The notes under the pieces: model-generated
Told to the model about the DNA's origin: nothing
Databases searched by the model: none
Seen by the model: the letters and a program-made list of their open reading frames with translations, nothing else
In this document: positions 20,856 through 31,709 of the stretch, one piece after another
How the letters are laid out: each line of letters starts with the position of its first letter
How positions within the stretch are numbered: position 1 is the stretch's first letter
Assembly: GCA_963847185.1 (NCBI GenBank)
Contig: CAWJYV010000007.1
Span: 768,001-832,000, forward strand
Source of the DNA: an uncultured Methanosarcinaceae archaeon
GTDB lineage: Archaea; Halobacteriota; Methanosarcinia; Methanosarcinales; Methanosarcinaceae
DNA: 64,000 nt
Reading direction: 5' to 3'
Position numbers and translations under genes: made by a program

Positions 20856-21179
20856 TTCTAAATGCACCTGATATATATCGAGTTAGAGCAATTATTTTAA
20901 GACATTTTTTTCATTGTTCTTCTCAGCTCTTTCGGATGATAGTAGGTGAAAGCATGCTATTTTACTTTTTCGATACTACCTCAAATCAGTTAAAACGTCT
21001 CAAACTAAGAGGAAAAACACTGAAATAATATATTTATTCTGTAAAATAAAGTAGAATGGATTACGAAAGCCGAACTTTTCGCAATCAAACAAGTATAAAG
21101 CAAATAAAGGCAAGTTTACGTTGAATAATATAATAAGCAGATTAATATACATGATTTGCACTAAATATTTGCGATCACC

Positions 21180-22670
21180 GTGTCCGAGCAAAGAAGTGTA
21201 CCTTTAAGGGAGCATCTACTGGCCCTGAAGCCCTGCCTGCATGGAGGGCTAGTTCAGGAAACGTCTGAGACTTACGGGATTCCTGAAAACGAAATTCTTG
21301 ATTTCAGTGCAAACTTTAATCCTCTTGGGAACCCCTTTGAACATCCTGAAAGCGGATTGGATTTTGACAGTATTCTTAAAAAAAGCTTTGAAAAACTTAT
21401 GGAATACCCTGACAACAGATATCCGGAGTTTCGGGAGGCTGCTGCAAGATTCGTAGGGCTCGGAGTAACTCCGCATAATATCATTCCGGGTAATGGTTCA
21501 ACTGAAATTGTCAGGCTTGTAGTTGAGTGTGTAGTTGAAAAAGGAGATACTGTCCTTCTGCCGTGGCCGACTTTCGGAGAATACGAAATGCAGTGCCGGA
21601 TTATGGGAGCAAAACCCGAATACCCAAGGCAGGATGAGGTGGAAACACTTCCTGATGAAATGCTGGAAAAAGCAAAAATCCTTTTTATTTGCAACCCTAA
21701 CAACCCTACAGGAAAGCTCCGGACAAGAGAAGAAATCAAAGTTCTTGCAGAGCGCTGCAAGCAGCATAAAACTCTTCTTTTTGTGGATGAAGCCTTCATC
21801 GAACTTTCTGACCCTGCCCAGAGTGTTGCTGACCTCGCAGTAAACAATAATTATATTTTTGTTATGCGTTCCCTTACAAAGGACTTTGCAATTCCAGGCA
21901 TCAGGATGGGATTCGGAATAGCTTCCCCTGAAATGGCTGAGATCCTGAATACTGCAAGGCTCTCCTGGAACCTGGGAACTGTGGCAAACACTATAGCAAC
22001 CTCACTTCTGAATATAGAAGGCGGGATGGACAATCCGTACCTGAAAAAAGCAAGAACTGCAATCCGGGAAGAAGGAGAAAAACTCAAAATCAAACTTAAC
22101 AGGATAAGAGGCTTTGAAGCCGGAGAAGTGAATGTAAACTTTATTTTTGTCGATATCAGTAAATTCATACTCGACTCAAGCGAATTAAGTGCACGTATGG
22201 CAGCTCGCGGAGTCCTGATAAGAGACTGTATTTCCTTCCACGGCCTTGGAAAAGATTACATAAGGGTTGCAGTCAGGACCGCAGAAGAAAATGATAAACT
22301 GATTGCTGCAATTAGCGATGTCATTACCGAGTGGGGCAGAGAACAGGCAAAGAACGAACTGCAACATGTAATCGAAAAGGCATCTGAAGAAGGAATAGGA
22401 GGCAGGAAAACCTGCGAATATTATCCCTGCCATTTTGAAGGCCAGAACTGTACCTTCTGTTTCTGTCCATTCTACCCCTGTGAAAATGAAAAGACCGGAG
22501 GAAAATGGATCCAGAGTTCAAGAGGCGGCAAGGTATGGAGCTGTGTTGACTGTCATCTCGTACATAAAAAAGAAATAGCTCAGCAAATTCTTGACTGCCT
22601 TATGCAGGAAGGAGATACTGACGAGCTTGTGAAAGTTGCCTGGAAAAAAGTAATGGAGCCTATCTTATGA
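21180..22670 (+). CDS. cobD: L-threonine-O-3-phosphate decarboxylase with C-terminal Cys-rich metal-binding domain
   Basis: HGG, DFSANFNP, CNPNNPTG, VDEAF, RSLTK (PLP Lys); C-terminal CEYYPCH..CTFCFCPFYPC..WSCVDCH. Confidence 0.93.
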   Translation: MSEQRSVPLREHLLALKPCLHGGLVQETSETYGIPENEILDFSANFNPLGNPFEHPESGLDFDSILKKSFEKLMEYPDNRYPEFREAAARFVGLGVTPHNIIPGNGSTEIVRLVVECVVEKGDTVLLPWPTFGEYEMQCRIMGAKPEYPRQDEVETLPDEMLEKAKILFICNPNNPTGKLRTREEIKVLAERCKQHKTLLFVDEAFIELSDPAQSVADLAVNNNYIFVMRSLTKDFAIPGIRMGFGIASPEMAEILNTARLSWNLGTVANTIATSLLNIEGGMDNPYLKKARTAIREEGEKLKIKLNRIRGFEAGEVNVNFIFVDISKFILDSSELSARMAARGVLIRDCISFHGLGKDYIRVAVRTAEENDKLIAAISDVITEWGREQAKNELQHVIEKASEEGIGGRKTCEYYPCHFEGQNCTFCFCPFYPCENEKTGGKWIQSSRGGKVWSCVDCHLVHKKEIAQQILDCLMQEGDTDELVKVAWKKVMEPIL

Positions 22671-23653
22671 TTGTGCCGGATACCGGGCACCTTGCTCTTG
22701 TACTTCTGCTTGCAGCAGCTATAGACATTGTTTTTGGAGAGCCCCCGGCTGCCGTGCACCCTGTAGTGTGGATAGGAAAACTAATCAATATTTTGAAAAA
22801 TGCAGCTCCAAAAACCCATAGAAAAATGTATGGAGTTGCTATGGCCTTCTGCTGTGTTTTATTTGCAGCTTTACTGGGTTATTCCGTCCTCTACATTGCA
22901 GCTCTCCCGGGAATTCCGGGGATTCTTGCTCTTCTGATAGAAGCGTATTTCCTTAAAGCTACCTTTGCTATCAACTGTTTGCTTAGCCCGGCAAGAGAGA
23001 TTTATAGGTCTCTTGAAGAAAACAGGCTTGATAAGGTAAGGGAGATGCTTCCTATCTATGTAAGCCGGAATACCTCCAAGCTGACCAAGACTCAGATGTC
23101 TTCTGCAGTTATCGAGTCCGTGTCAGAAAATTACGTAGACGGCATCTTGAGCCCGATTTTCTATTATGCCCTTTTCGGGGAATTAGGACTTGTGGCCGCA
23201 TACGTCTTTAAAGCTATAAGTACCCTGGACTCCATGGTTGGATACAAGACAGAGCCCTACAGAGAATTGGGATACTTCTCCGCAAAATCCGACGACGTAT
23301 TGAACTGGATTCCTGCCAGGATTTCCGTGGTATTCATTCTTGCCGCAGCCTTTACAATTTCTTTGCTCTCGAAAAAACAGGAAAAAATTAATCCTTTCAA
23401 TAGCATAAAGAGCGCTCTGGAAGATGGAATGAAGACTCCGTCCCCCAATTCAGGATATCCTATGGCAGCAACTGCAGGGGCTCTTGGTGTCAAACTTGAA
23501 AAACCCGAAACTTATGTACTTGGGGCTTCGTATCCCCCAACTGAAATAAAAGATATAAAAAGGGTATCCCAATTAATAGCAATTGCTTCAGGATTCTCAC
23601 TTGCTGCTTTTGCGGTAGTGATCCAGATAGCAGGAATTTATCTGTACCTGTAA
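22667..23653 (+). CDS. cbiB: Adenosylcobinamide-phosphate synthase
   Basis: GEPP..HPVVWIG, ESVSENYVDG, TLDSMVGY, DDVLNWIPAR, SPNSGYP. Confidence 0.95.
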   Translation: MIVPDTGHLALVLLLAAAIDIVFGEPPAAVHPVVWIGKLINILKNAAPKTHRKMYGVAMAFCCVLFAALLGYSVLYIAALPGIPGILALLIEAYFLKATFAINCLLSPAREIYRSLEENRLDKVREMLPIYVSRNTSKLTKTQMSSAVIESVSENYVDGILSPIFYYALFGELGLVAAYVFKAISTLDSMVGYKTEPYRELGYFSAKSDDVLNWIPARISVVFILAAAFTISLLSKKQEKINPFNSIKSALEDGMKTPSPNSGYPMAATAGALGVKLEKPETYVLGASYPPTEIKDIKRVSQLIAIASGFSLAAFAVVIQIAGIYLYL

Positions 23654-23793
23654 TTTCCTCTTATAGTAGCAGAGCCCTGTTCTTGTGATAGCTCGAATTT
23701 TATGAGGCAACAGGGTTCTAAGAGAAGCCAATTTACGATTTTAATGATTTTCGACAGTAAATATGACCTTATTGACAATTCCGAAGTGATCGT

Positions 23794-24339
23794 ATGAAGT
23801 TATCCGATATTGAGGAAAGGGACCTGAAAAAAGGACAGCCTGAAAAATTAGAGGGAAACGCTACAGTTGACATTCTTGATGTCCTTGCCGAAGAAGGCAT
23901 CAATGTCCAGGATCTTGCAAATACGGCTCTTGAAATGTATGTCCCCCATCCCGGGCTCGAGACCAGGGAAAAAGCAGAAGCTCTGTTTAAAAGGGAACTA
24001 AAATACGCTCTTTCGGACCCAAACCTCTGTCTTCTGATTTATTCCGGAATTCTCCTTGAAAGAGAAGGCAGGGCAGGAACCCTTCCGAACCTCAGCAAAA
24101 GTTCCTATGAAAAAGACCTGTCTTTCATAATTGCAGATGAGGTCCTTGGCACAAGCATTGCAACATACATCAGCGGCTCCAAAGGGGCATTCGAGTTTGT
24201 CAGATATGACAAACAAAAGCCCGGAATCCTTGCAAATCTCGGGCCGTTTATGGATGACATAATTGGAGGCCTTATAGGAGGAGTGTCCTCTAATATGTAT
24301 TCTAGAGGCATGGCAGAGTTTTTTGAGAAAAAGGACTGA
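23794..24339 (+). CDS. cobZ: Alpha-ribazole phosphatase (archaeal, PgpA-like)
   Basis: [26 protein letters not shown] motifs; located between cbiB and cobS. Confidence 0.88.
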   Translation: MKLSDIEERDLKKGQPEKLEGNATVDILDVLAEEGINVQDLANTALEMYVPHPGLETREKAEALFKRELKYALSDPNLCLLIYSGILLEREGRAGTLPNLSKSSYEKDLSFIIADEVLGTSIATYISGSKGAFEFVRYDKQKPGILANLGPFMDDIIGGLIGGVSSNMYSRGMAEFFEKKD

Positions 24340-24356
24340 AAACCAGGCGGTGTATT

Positions 24357-25199
24357 ATGAACTCATATTTACTTGCTTTTAAATCGGGTTTTGGCTTCCT
24401 GTCCACGATCCCTGTGGGAATCACCATGGAAGGGATCGATGAGCTTATGAAAAAGATATATTTTTACCCTGTCGTGGGAGCCGTACTCGGACTTCTCATA
24501 GGGGCAGTTGCGTACATAGGGCAGATAATATTTCCCGGACCCATCCTTGCTGCCCTTATAATGGGATTCCTGTATTATATTACAGGTTTTAACCATCTGG
24601 ATGGAGTTACTGACATGGGTGATGGTTTCATGGCTCACGGCTCGCTTGAAAAAAAGATCCGGGCTCTGAAAGACACAAACCTCGGGACAGGAGGAGTTTC
24701 TTTTTGCATTCTGCTGCTGCTTACTTTATACGGTTCCATAAGAGCAGTACAGGAAGAAGGCATGACTGTTTTTGGATCTAACCTTCCAGTGCTGATGTTC
24801 TCATCAATGTTTATTGCAGAGGTCAGTGCAAAGCAGTCCATGCTCACAATCGCCGCTTTTGGAAAGCCCATACCTCCGCAGGATAAACAGGCTTACCCTG
24901 GCCTGGGAGCCATGACTATAAACGGAGCAACACGGAAAAATTTCCTCATAGGATTCATATTCGGAGCTGTCATGTGTTTCCTGCCTTTTGGGTGGATAGG
25001 ACTGGTTCCCTATCTGGCGGCCTGCGCGTCTGCTCTTGTGCTTCTCAATCGAAGCTATGCTCATTTTGGCGGCTTAAATGGAGACGGAATTGGGACTGCA
25101 AATGAAATAGGGAGAGTAACTGCCCTGATCATTATAGCAGTCATTATGAAACTTTCATTAAACGGATATACGGGAGGTTTAGAATGGACGCTATTGTAA
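24357..25199 (+). CDS. cobS: Adenosylcobinamide-GDP ribazoletransferase (cobalamin synthase)
   Basis: [40 protein letters not shown]; polytopic membrane protein. Confidence 0.95.
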   Translation: MNSYLLAFKSGFGFLSTIPVGITMEGIDELMKKIYFYPVVGAVLGLLIGAVAYIGQIIFPGPILAALIMGFLYYITGFNHLDGVTDMGDGFMAHGSLEKKIRALKDTNLGTGGVSFCILLLLTLYGSIRAVQEEGMTVFGSNLPVLMFSSMFIAEVSAKQSMLTIAAFGKPIPPQDKQAYPGLGAMTINGATRKNFLIGFIFGAVMCFLPFGWIGLVPYLAACASALVLLNRSYAHFGGLNGDGIGTANEIGRVTALIIIAVIMKLSLNGYTGGLEWTLL

Positions 25200-25795
25200 T
25201 GGCAGGAGGTTTCGGACAGAGGCTCGGAATGGGGGAAAAGCCCTGCGTTGAACTTCTTGGAAAACCACTCATAAGCTATGTGATAGATACTCTTAGAGCT
25301 TCAAAGAATATAGATAAGATCTTTGTAGCGGTCTCACCTGTAACCCCTAAGACCGAAATTATGATTCAGGAACGTTATAAAGGAGAAATACAGGTAATCA
25401 GGACTTTTGGCGGAAACTATGTAGGGGACATGATCTATGCAGTAGAAACTTCAAAAACTAATGGTCCTGTAATGATTATTATGTCAGATATTCCCCTCAT
25501 TGATCCCGAACTTGTTGACTCGGTAATTGAAAAATACAGGGAAGAAGGAAAACCTGCCCTTTCGGTATATGTTCCTATTAATACCTGCAAAGGAGCCGGA
25601 ATCAGGCCGGATACGGTCTTTAACAAGGACGGAAAACTGATCGTACCTACTGGAATTAATATTCTGGACAGCTCTCAAATCAGAAAAGAACAGGAAGACT
25701 TTAATCTGATACTTGAGAATCCCAAACTAGCAATAAACGTAAATACCGTAAAAGATCTGCAGAGATGCAGAGATTTGCTTCATTGTTCAAACTAA
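25184..25795 (+). CDS. cobY: GTP:adenosylcobinamide-phosphate guanylyltransferase
   Basis: [24 protein letters not shown] motifs of the MobA-like NTP transferase; cob operon context. Confidence 0.92.
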   Translation: MDAIVMAGGFGQRLGMGEKPCVELLGKPLISYVIDTLRASKNIDKIFVAVSPVTPKTEIMIQERYKGEIQVIRTFGGNYVGDMIYAVETSKTNGPVMIIMSDIPLIDPELVDSVIEKYREEGKPALSVYVPINTCKGAGIRPDTVFNKDGKLIVPTGINILDSSQIRKEQEDFNLILENPKLAINVNTVKDLQRCRDLLHCSN

Positions 25796-25816
25796 AATTT
25801 GCTAGAGGTGTCGTAG

Positions 25817-26548
25817 ATTCTATCTTTAAAAAACCTGGTACTGAGCCGCGATGGAAAAAAAATCTTGCGTGGAGTCAACCTTGAGGTAGGGGACCGGGAG
25901 ATCCACAGTATCATTGGCGCAAACGGCGCAGGAAAAAGTACGCTTGCCTATACCCTGATGGGACTGCAGGGTTATGAACGCGAGGAAGGCAGCCTCATTT
26001 TTGATGGGGAAGATATTACACAGCTCTCAATAACCGAGCGTGCAAGAAAAGGCATTACTCTTGCCTGGCAGGAACCTGCCCGCTTTGAAGGACTGAAGGT
26101 TAGAGATTACCTGGCAATCGGGGCAATGGTTCATGGCGGTACCACGGAAGAGGAACTAAAGGATGCCTTGAGAAAAGTTGACCTTAAACCCGAAAAATAC
26201 CTGAACAGGGAAGTAGGTGAAGCCCTCAGCGGGGGCGAAAGGAAACGAATAGAACTCGCTTCTATAATTACAATGAAACCCAAACTTGCAATCCTTGATG
26301 AACCTGATTCAGGGATTGATGTTGTTTCCTTAAAAGAAATCGTAAGTTTGATCCAGACTCTTAAGGAAAATGGTTCTTCAGTACTTGTAATAACGCACAG
26401 GGAGGAAATTGCGGCTGCTTCGGATAAAGCGTCCCTGATGTGTGAGGGAGCTATCCTGAGGAGCGGAGATCCTTTAGAGATCAGCGAGTTTTTCAAAAAC
26501 AGATGCATACCCTGTGACAGCAGAGTATCCCCACCAAAGGCGGTCTGA
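25817..26548 (+). CDS. sufC: SufC-like ABC ATPase of a minimal Suf (SMS) Fe-S assembly system
   Basis: GANGAGKST, LAWQEP, LSGGERKRIELA, LDEPDSGID, C-terminal CIPC. Frame extends to ATT 25817 (SD GAGGTG + 6 nt), giving xLSLKNLVLSRDGKKILRG; track start is TTG 25865. Confidence 0.88.
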   Translation: MLSLKNLVLSRDGKKILRGVNLEVGDREIHSIIGANGAGKSTLAYTLMGLQGYEREEGSLIFDGEDITQLSITERARKGITLAWQEPARFEGLKVRDYLAIGAMVHGGTTEEELKDALRKVDLKPEKYLNREVGEALSGGERKRIELASIITMKPKLAILDEPDSGIDVVSLKEIVSLIQTLKENGSSVLVITHREEIAAASDKASLMCEGAILRSGDPLEISEFFKNRCIPCDSRVSPPKAV

Positions 26549-26550
26549 CA

Positions 26551-27513
26551 ATGAATCAGAAAACTCTTAATGTGCTTTCAAGCGAAATGGAAGATATAAA
26601 TGCAGCTTATACAGCAGCAGGGGGAGATGCCGCAGTCCTTCACAAACACGAGCTTGCAAGCCTTGTGATAAGTGGAAATAGGGTTCTCAATGCGAACGGG
26701 ACAGAAGGGATTGTGCTCGAAAAGCATGAAACTGAATATGGAGTGGACATTAAAATGACTATTAAAAAGGGCTATAAAATTCCACTTCCAGTCCACCTCT
26801 GTTTCGGACTTGTCCCGAAAGAGGGACTCCAGGAAATAAAAATGAATTTCGTAGCTGAAGAAGATTCGGCTGTTGAACTCATTGCTCACTGCACCTTCCC
26901 CAATGCTATAAAGGTCATCCATAAAATGGACGCTCAAATGCTTATAGGAAAAAATGCCTCGTTAAAATACACAGAGACCCACTTCCACGGCCCCCATGGA
27001 GGAATTCAGGTAATTCCTAAAGCCCATATAAAAATAGAGGAAGGGGGAAGCTACTACACCAATTTCTCACTTATTTCGGGTAGAGTGGGATATCTGGAAT
27101 TTGACTATAGCGTGGATGCCGGAAAAGATTCTATCTGCGAGATGGTTACAAAGGTTTATGGAAAAAAGGACGACAAAATAAAAATCTTAGAAAAGATATC
27201 CCTTAATGGGGAAAATGCCAGAAGTGTAATTAAAAGTCGACTGGCGATTACCGATGATGCAGAATCGGAGTTCAGAGGAATTACTGAGGGACGAGCTCCA
27301 AGGGCCAGGGGACATGTGGACTGCATGGAAGTTATCCAGGGAAATGCAAAAGCCGAAGCTATTCCCATTGTACGTGTTGACAATCCTCTGGCAAAAGTAA
27401 CTCACGAGGCTGCAATTGGTTGTGTGGACAAAAAAGAAGTCGAAACTTTGATGGCTCGCGGCCTTGAAGAAGACGATGCTATAGATATAATTGTAAAGGG
27501 AATGCTGGCCTGA
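26551..27513 (+). CDS. sufB: SufB/SufD-family Fe-S scaffold (SmsB-like)
   Basis: PVHLCFG, AHCTF, RGHVDC, THEAAIG, LMARGLEED. Confidence 0.9.
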   Translation: MNQKTLNVLSSEMEDINAAYTAAGGDAAVLHKHELASLVISGNRVLNANGTEGIVLEKHETEYGVDIKMTIKKGYKIPLPVHLCFGLVPKEGLQEIKMNFVAEEDSAVELIAHCTFPNAIKVIHKMDAQMLIGKNASLKYTETHFHGPHGGIQVIPKAHIKIEEGGSYYTNFSLISGRVGYLEFDYSVDAGKDSICEMVTKVYGKKDDKIKILEKISLNGENARSVIKSRLAITDDAESEFRGITEGRAPRARGHVDCMEVIQGNAKAEAIPIVRVDNPLAKVTHEAAIGCVDKKEVETLMARGLEEDDAIDIIVKGMLA

Positions 27514-27623
27514 AAGCCTTTAATTCCCTTTTATCCGGAGTAGTCATTGCTTCAGGTTCAGGCCGTGAATTTGGAAAAACTCACCTGAGAACCTTAGATT
27601 CAAACGAAAAGGGAGTGTAAAGC

Positions 27624-27989
27624 ATGACTGGATATATCGTAATCCTTGAGAAAAAATATTCAGAAAAAAATCTTCAACTCATTACCGGAAAAAAAGATAT
27701 AGCTGCACACCGCGAAAGCATTCCTGAAGAAATGCTGCTTTTAAGCGAGGTTATAGAAGATCCTCTCAAGCTCCCTTACATGCTGGATGCCTTTTATACT
27801 GCCCAGATTAAAAACGAAAAAGCTTTCCATTTTGCTCTCCTGAGGGTCCAGGTAGATTCCGATCTCAGAATGCATGAGGATATCCAGAAATATCAGCAAA
27901 GGAAATATGTAGCCGAAACCCTGGAAAAACTGCTCTACGGGGAACTTTTGCTCTCGGTAGGAGAAACCTTAAGTCTTGAAGGAGATTGA
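27624..27989 (+). CDS. Hypothetical protein
   Basis: 121-aa ORF with SD GGGAG; no recognisable motif. Confidence 0.7.
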   Translation: MTGYIVILEKKYSEKNLQLITGKKDIAAHRESIPEEMLLLSEVIEDPLKLPYMLDAFYTAQIKNEKAFHFALLRVQVDSDLRMHEDIQKYQQRKYVAETLEKLLYGELLLSVGETLSLEGD

Positions 27990-28291
27990 TTTTCCTGTTT
28001 TCTTACAGCAGACTCTTTTTTAATAGATATCCTCAGAAAATTTAAAGGACATACCAGTTCGTATTTTATATCCTAATTGAAGAATTTGGTACGAATGAAT
28101 CAAAGACTTTCAAAGAAACAAACCCTGGCACGAAAAATATAAGAAAAGAAGAAAAACTATCGGGTTGCCACATATCTGTAAAAATGCTCCTGAACATCCC
28201 TTAAAGTTAGGTTAAATTTTCTCTTTGGGTTTATTTTCCTTCTTCTTGTAATCTAGGAGGTCTTGGAACCTTACTAATCTCTCAAGCAACG

Positions 28292-28330
28292 GAGCTCTCA
28301 AAAGCTCAGGCACCTATCCTGAAGAGAACC
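28292..28330 (+). repeat. Dispersed repeat / MITE remnant (copy A)
   Basis: GAGCTCTCAAAAGCTCAGGCACCTATCCT matches 32185-32213 at 26/29; followed by the TIR-like GAAGAGAACC. Confidence 0.6.
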
Positions 28331-28505
28331 AAATATTCTCATTGCCTTATAAAATATCATTGCCTATTATCTTCAAAGATTAACAAAATTTTTATAAGTA
28401 ATAGACAGTTAAATTTAACATCTAATTATATATTTATACAAATTTAAATATTATACTTTATTTATAATTGATCACAGCTTAACAAGGGATCTCAGCAGAG
28501 GAAAA

Positions 28506-30731
28506 ATGAAAAAAATGGAGCAATTTCCAGCAAAAAACCCAAATCCTGTGCTTAGTGTTTCAAAGGATGGTACTGTTCTTTACTCAAATGGGGCAGGTGA
28601 GCCTTTATTGCATGAATGGGACGTGGAAGTAGGAGAAAAATTATCTTCAAATATCGGAGATATTGTGCGAAGGGTAATTTCACGGAACATTCCGGAAAAA
28701 ACCGAGGTTAAAGCAGGAAAAAGAGTATACTTTGTCGCGTTTCATCCCTTACCAGAAGAAGAATGTGTAAACCTCTATGGGTTCGATATAACTGACCAGA
28801 AAGAGCTTGAAGGGAAACTTCGTGAGAGTGAAGAAATGTTGAACTTTGCACTCGAAACCAGCCATACAGGCGCGTGGGATCTTGATCTGGTGGATCACAC
28901 AGCTTATCGATCTCTTGAGCATGACCGCATTTTCGGTTACGAACAACTACTCCCGCAGTGGACTTACGAGATGTTTCTCGACCACGTACTACCTGAGGAT
29001 CGCGCATTAGTGGACGCAAAGTTCCAAGAAGCTACAACTGCGGGCAAAGACTGGAATTTCGAGTGCCGTATCCGGCGAGTGGATGATGAGGTTAGGTGGA
29101 TTTGGGCGGCTGGGCGGCATCGTGTGGATTCTAACGGAAAAGTAAGCCGGATGTCAGGAATCGTTCAGGATATCACTGAAAGTAAGCAAGCAGAGGAAGT
29201 GTTAAAACATAGTGAAAAGCAGTACAGAACTCTTGGTGATACGATCCCCTACGGAGTTTGGGTGACAGATGCAGCCGGCTACTGTACCTTTGTAAGTAAT
29301 TCTTTCCTTGAACTGGTGGACATGTCAATGGAGCAGGTTCAAAAGTTTGGCTGGCTGCATCTACTCCCGCCTGAGGACGTGCAGCCAACTATAAATCACT
29401 GGCTTCGTTGTATCAAGACTGGTGAGGACTTCGAGAAAGAGCACCGTTTCCGGGCAAAAGACGGAAGCTACCGGAGCATATTAGCGATAGGCAGACCGAT
29501 CAAGGATAAAGAGGGGAAAATCACTGAATGGGTAGGCTTCAATCTTGACATTACAGAGCGAAAACAAATGGAAGAATATCTTAAAACAGCATATCAGGAT
29601 TTAGAGGAAAAGGTTAGAGAAAGGACAATAGAACTTGAAAAAGCTTACAATTCGTTGAAGGAAAGCGAAAGAAGTCTTGCTGAAGCTCAAAAGATGGCTC
29701 ATCTTGGAAATTGGGACTGGAATCTTGTAACTGGCGAAGCATGTTGGTCTGATGAGTTATATAGCATTTTTAGACGTTCTCCTCAAGAATTAGGCGCAAC
29801 TTACGACGAATTTCTAAATTATGTACATCCTGATGATCGAGACGATGTGAATAATGCCTTAAAAAAGGGTTTAAATGGAGAATCTATTGCAGGTGATTAT
29901 AGAATAATTCTAGCTAATGGAGAAGAACGCATAGTCCACTCTCATATTAGAGTTACTTTTGATGAGACAAATTATCCTGTTAGATTGAGAGGAATAGTTC
30001 AGGATATTACAGAGCGTAGAAAAGCTGAAGAAACTCTGGCAAACATTGAAATTATCCGTAAAAAGGAAATCCATCATAGAATAAAAAATAACCTGCAGGT
30101 TATCTCGTCCCTTCTTGACCTTCAGGCTGAACAGTTTAACAACAGAGAATGTATTAATGATTCTGAAGTTCTGGAGGCTTTTAGGGAAAGCCAGGACAGA
30201 GTAATATCTATTGCCTTAATCCATGAAGAATTGCATGAGGGTAGGGGAGACGACGCACTTAACTTTTCACTGTATCTGCAAAGACTTCTTCATAATCTAT
30301 TTCAGACATACAGATTTGGAGACATTGAGATTTGCCTAGATCTGGATCTTGAAAAGAACATTTTCTTCGACATGGATATTGCAGTCCCATTAGGGATGAT
30401 TATCAACGAACTTATTTCCAATTCTTTCAAGTATGCATTTCCCAACAGACATAAAGGGACAATTAGAATTAAACTCTTAAGTGAAGAGACTAGAGATAAA
30501 CCAAATAATGACGAAGAGCTTGCTGGAAAAAGTACTAGATACACTCTCTCAGTCTCGGATGATGGGATTGGTATTTCCGAAGAAATAGATTTTGAGAATT
30601 CAGACACTCTTGGTCTGCAGTTGGTAAATACCCTAGTAAGCCAGTTAGATGGGGAGCTTGAACTGAAGAAAGGCAATGGGAGTGAATTCACTGTCAGATT
30701 TACTGTAACAGAGAAAATGATCAGCCGATAA
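28506..30731 (+). CDS. Soluble multi-PAS sensor histidine kinase (HisKA_2 type)
   Basis: PAS_3/PAC repeats (HVLPED..GIVQDITE), H-box EIHHRIKNNLQ, NELISNSFKYAF, DDGIG, LGLQLV. Confidence 0.95.
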   Translation: MKKMEQFPAKNPNPVLSVSKDGTVLYSNGAGEPLLHEWDVEVGEKLSSNIGDIVRRVISRNIPEKTEVKAGKRVYFVAFHPLPEEECVNLYGFDITDQKELEGKLRESEEMLNFALETSHTGAWDLDLVDHTAYRSLEHDRIFGYEQLLPQWTYEMFLDHVLPEDRALVDAKFQEATTAGKDWNFECRIRRVDDEVRWIWAAGRHRVDSNGKVSRMSGIVQDITESKQAEEVLKHSEKQYRTLGDTIPYGVWVTDAAGYCTFVSNSFLELVDMSMEQVQKFGWLHLLPPEDVQPTINHWLRCIKTGEDFEKEHRFRAKDGSYRSILAIGRPIKDKEGKITEWVGFNLDITERKQMEEYLKTAYQDLEEKVRERTIELEKAYNSLKESERSLAEAQKMAHLGNWDWNLVTGEACWSDELYSIFRRSPQELGATYDEFLNYVHPDDRDDVNNALKKGLNGESIAGDYRIILANGEERIVHSHIRVTFDETNYPVRLRGIVQDITERRKAEETLANIEIIRKKEIHHRIKNNLQVISSLLDLQAEQFNNRECINDSEVLEAFRESQDRVISIALIHEELHEGRGDDALNFSLYLQRLLHNLFQTYRFGDIEICLDLDLEKNIFFDMDIAVPLGMIINELISNSFKYAFPNRHKGTIRIKLLSEETRDKPNNDEELAGKSTRYTLSVSDDGIGISEEIDFENSDTLGLQLVNTLVSQLDGELELKKGNGSEFTVRFTVTEKMISR

Positions 30732-31247
30732 TGAAGGTCTAACTGGCAGCTAACCTGCAGAATCATTAACAATTTCAATCATCAATCTAAGTCAAAAAAC
30801 AGCTCTAATTATGCATAAATTTTAAGCCTCGTTTCTCCTACTAGCACAAATCCCTCATCAATCCCCGAAAGCCCGAAGTACGCGGTCTAATCAGCTCCAA
30901 TGACTATTTCTAAGTCGGATAAATTTTCAGCTTTTCTCATAAGGAAGATAGTGAGGAAATAAACATTAATAGATCAGTTCTTCAGTTACCTTCCAACATC
31001 GATGAGGGTTACGACAAAAAGGCTAAATGAAATAAGTAAAAGAGAAAGTGGGCAGATACCTGAACGCAGAAAATAATGTCCACTTGATTCCCCGTGGATT
31101 TTGAAGAGAAAGTAGACAAATTGGAATTTATATGAAGCGGATAGAGCCTTTTATTTTAATTCAGTGATAAGAAAAGCAGAGAACTATGTTTCTGAATAAA
31201 AAGAGTAATAAGGAACGTGGAGGGAGGGGAGGTGGTTATCCCCAAGT

Positions 31248-31622
31248 TTACCTTCTGTTTCCGTGGTACTTGTTATAATCGCTATACCATTTTCCATGAT
31301 TTTTGTTCCATTTCCCGTAATTGTTGTTCCACTTCTTATAATTGTTAAACCATTTCATATACAGGCTGTACCAGTTGTTGTACTCTTTGCCATGCTTCTT
31401 CTCTCTATCCCACTTTTTCTTCTCCCCTTCCCACTTTTTCTTCTCTCCGTCCCATTTTTTATTCTCATTTCCCCACTTTTTCTTCTCCCCATCCCATTTT
31501 TGTTTCTCGTTTCCCCACTGGCTCTCACCTTTCTGAGGTGCAGCATTTACTGATGCAACTGTCACTGACAGCACAAAACAAATTGCAAGCAAAATACCCA
31601 TTATTTTTTTTATTTTCAGCAT
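31248..31622 (-). CDS. Small secreted Trp/Tyr-heptad repeat protein
   Basis: ATG 31622 after GGAG; signal peptide MLKIKKIMGILLAICFVLSVTVASVNA; W every 7 residues in two blocks; 21-bp DNA repeats. Confidence 0.8.
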   Translation of the reverse strand: MLKIKKIMGILLAICFVLSVTVASVNAAPQKGESQWGNEKQKWDGEKKKWGNENKKWDGEKKKWEGEKKKWDREKKHGKEYNNWYSLYMKWFNNYKKWNNNYGKWNKNHGKWYSDYNKYHGNRR

Positions 31623-31671
31623 ATTTGCCACTCCTAAAATTTGTTAACCCCATTATTAATACTAATATTCA

Positions 31672-31709
31672 GGTTAATCTGGATTAATCTGAATTTATCC
31701 AGATTAACC
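31672..31709. promoter_or_regulatory. 13-bp perfect inverted repeat upstream of the Trp-heptad gene
   Basis: GGTTAATCTGGAT-N12-ATCCAGATTAACC, with a third TAATCTG copy in the loop. Confidence 0.55.

Noticed and set aside
25808-25819. GTG-TCG-TAG-ATT read as a sufC start with pyrrolysine at codon 3
   Set aside because: The GTG is part of the SD itself and has no SD of its own; initiation at ATT is more parsimonious, though not proven
31263-31553. Phe-rich or hydrophobic plus-strand ORFs
   Set aside because: Antisense of the 21-bp repeat gene; only the minus frame has an SD and signal peptide
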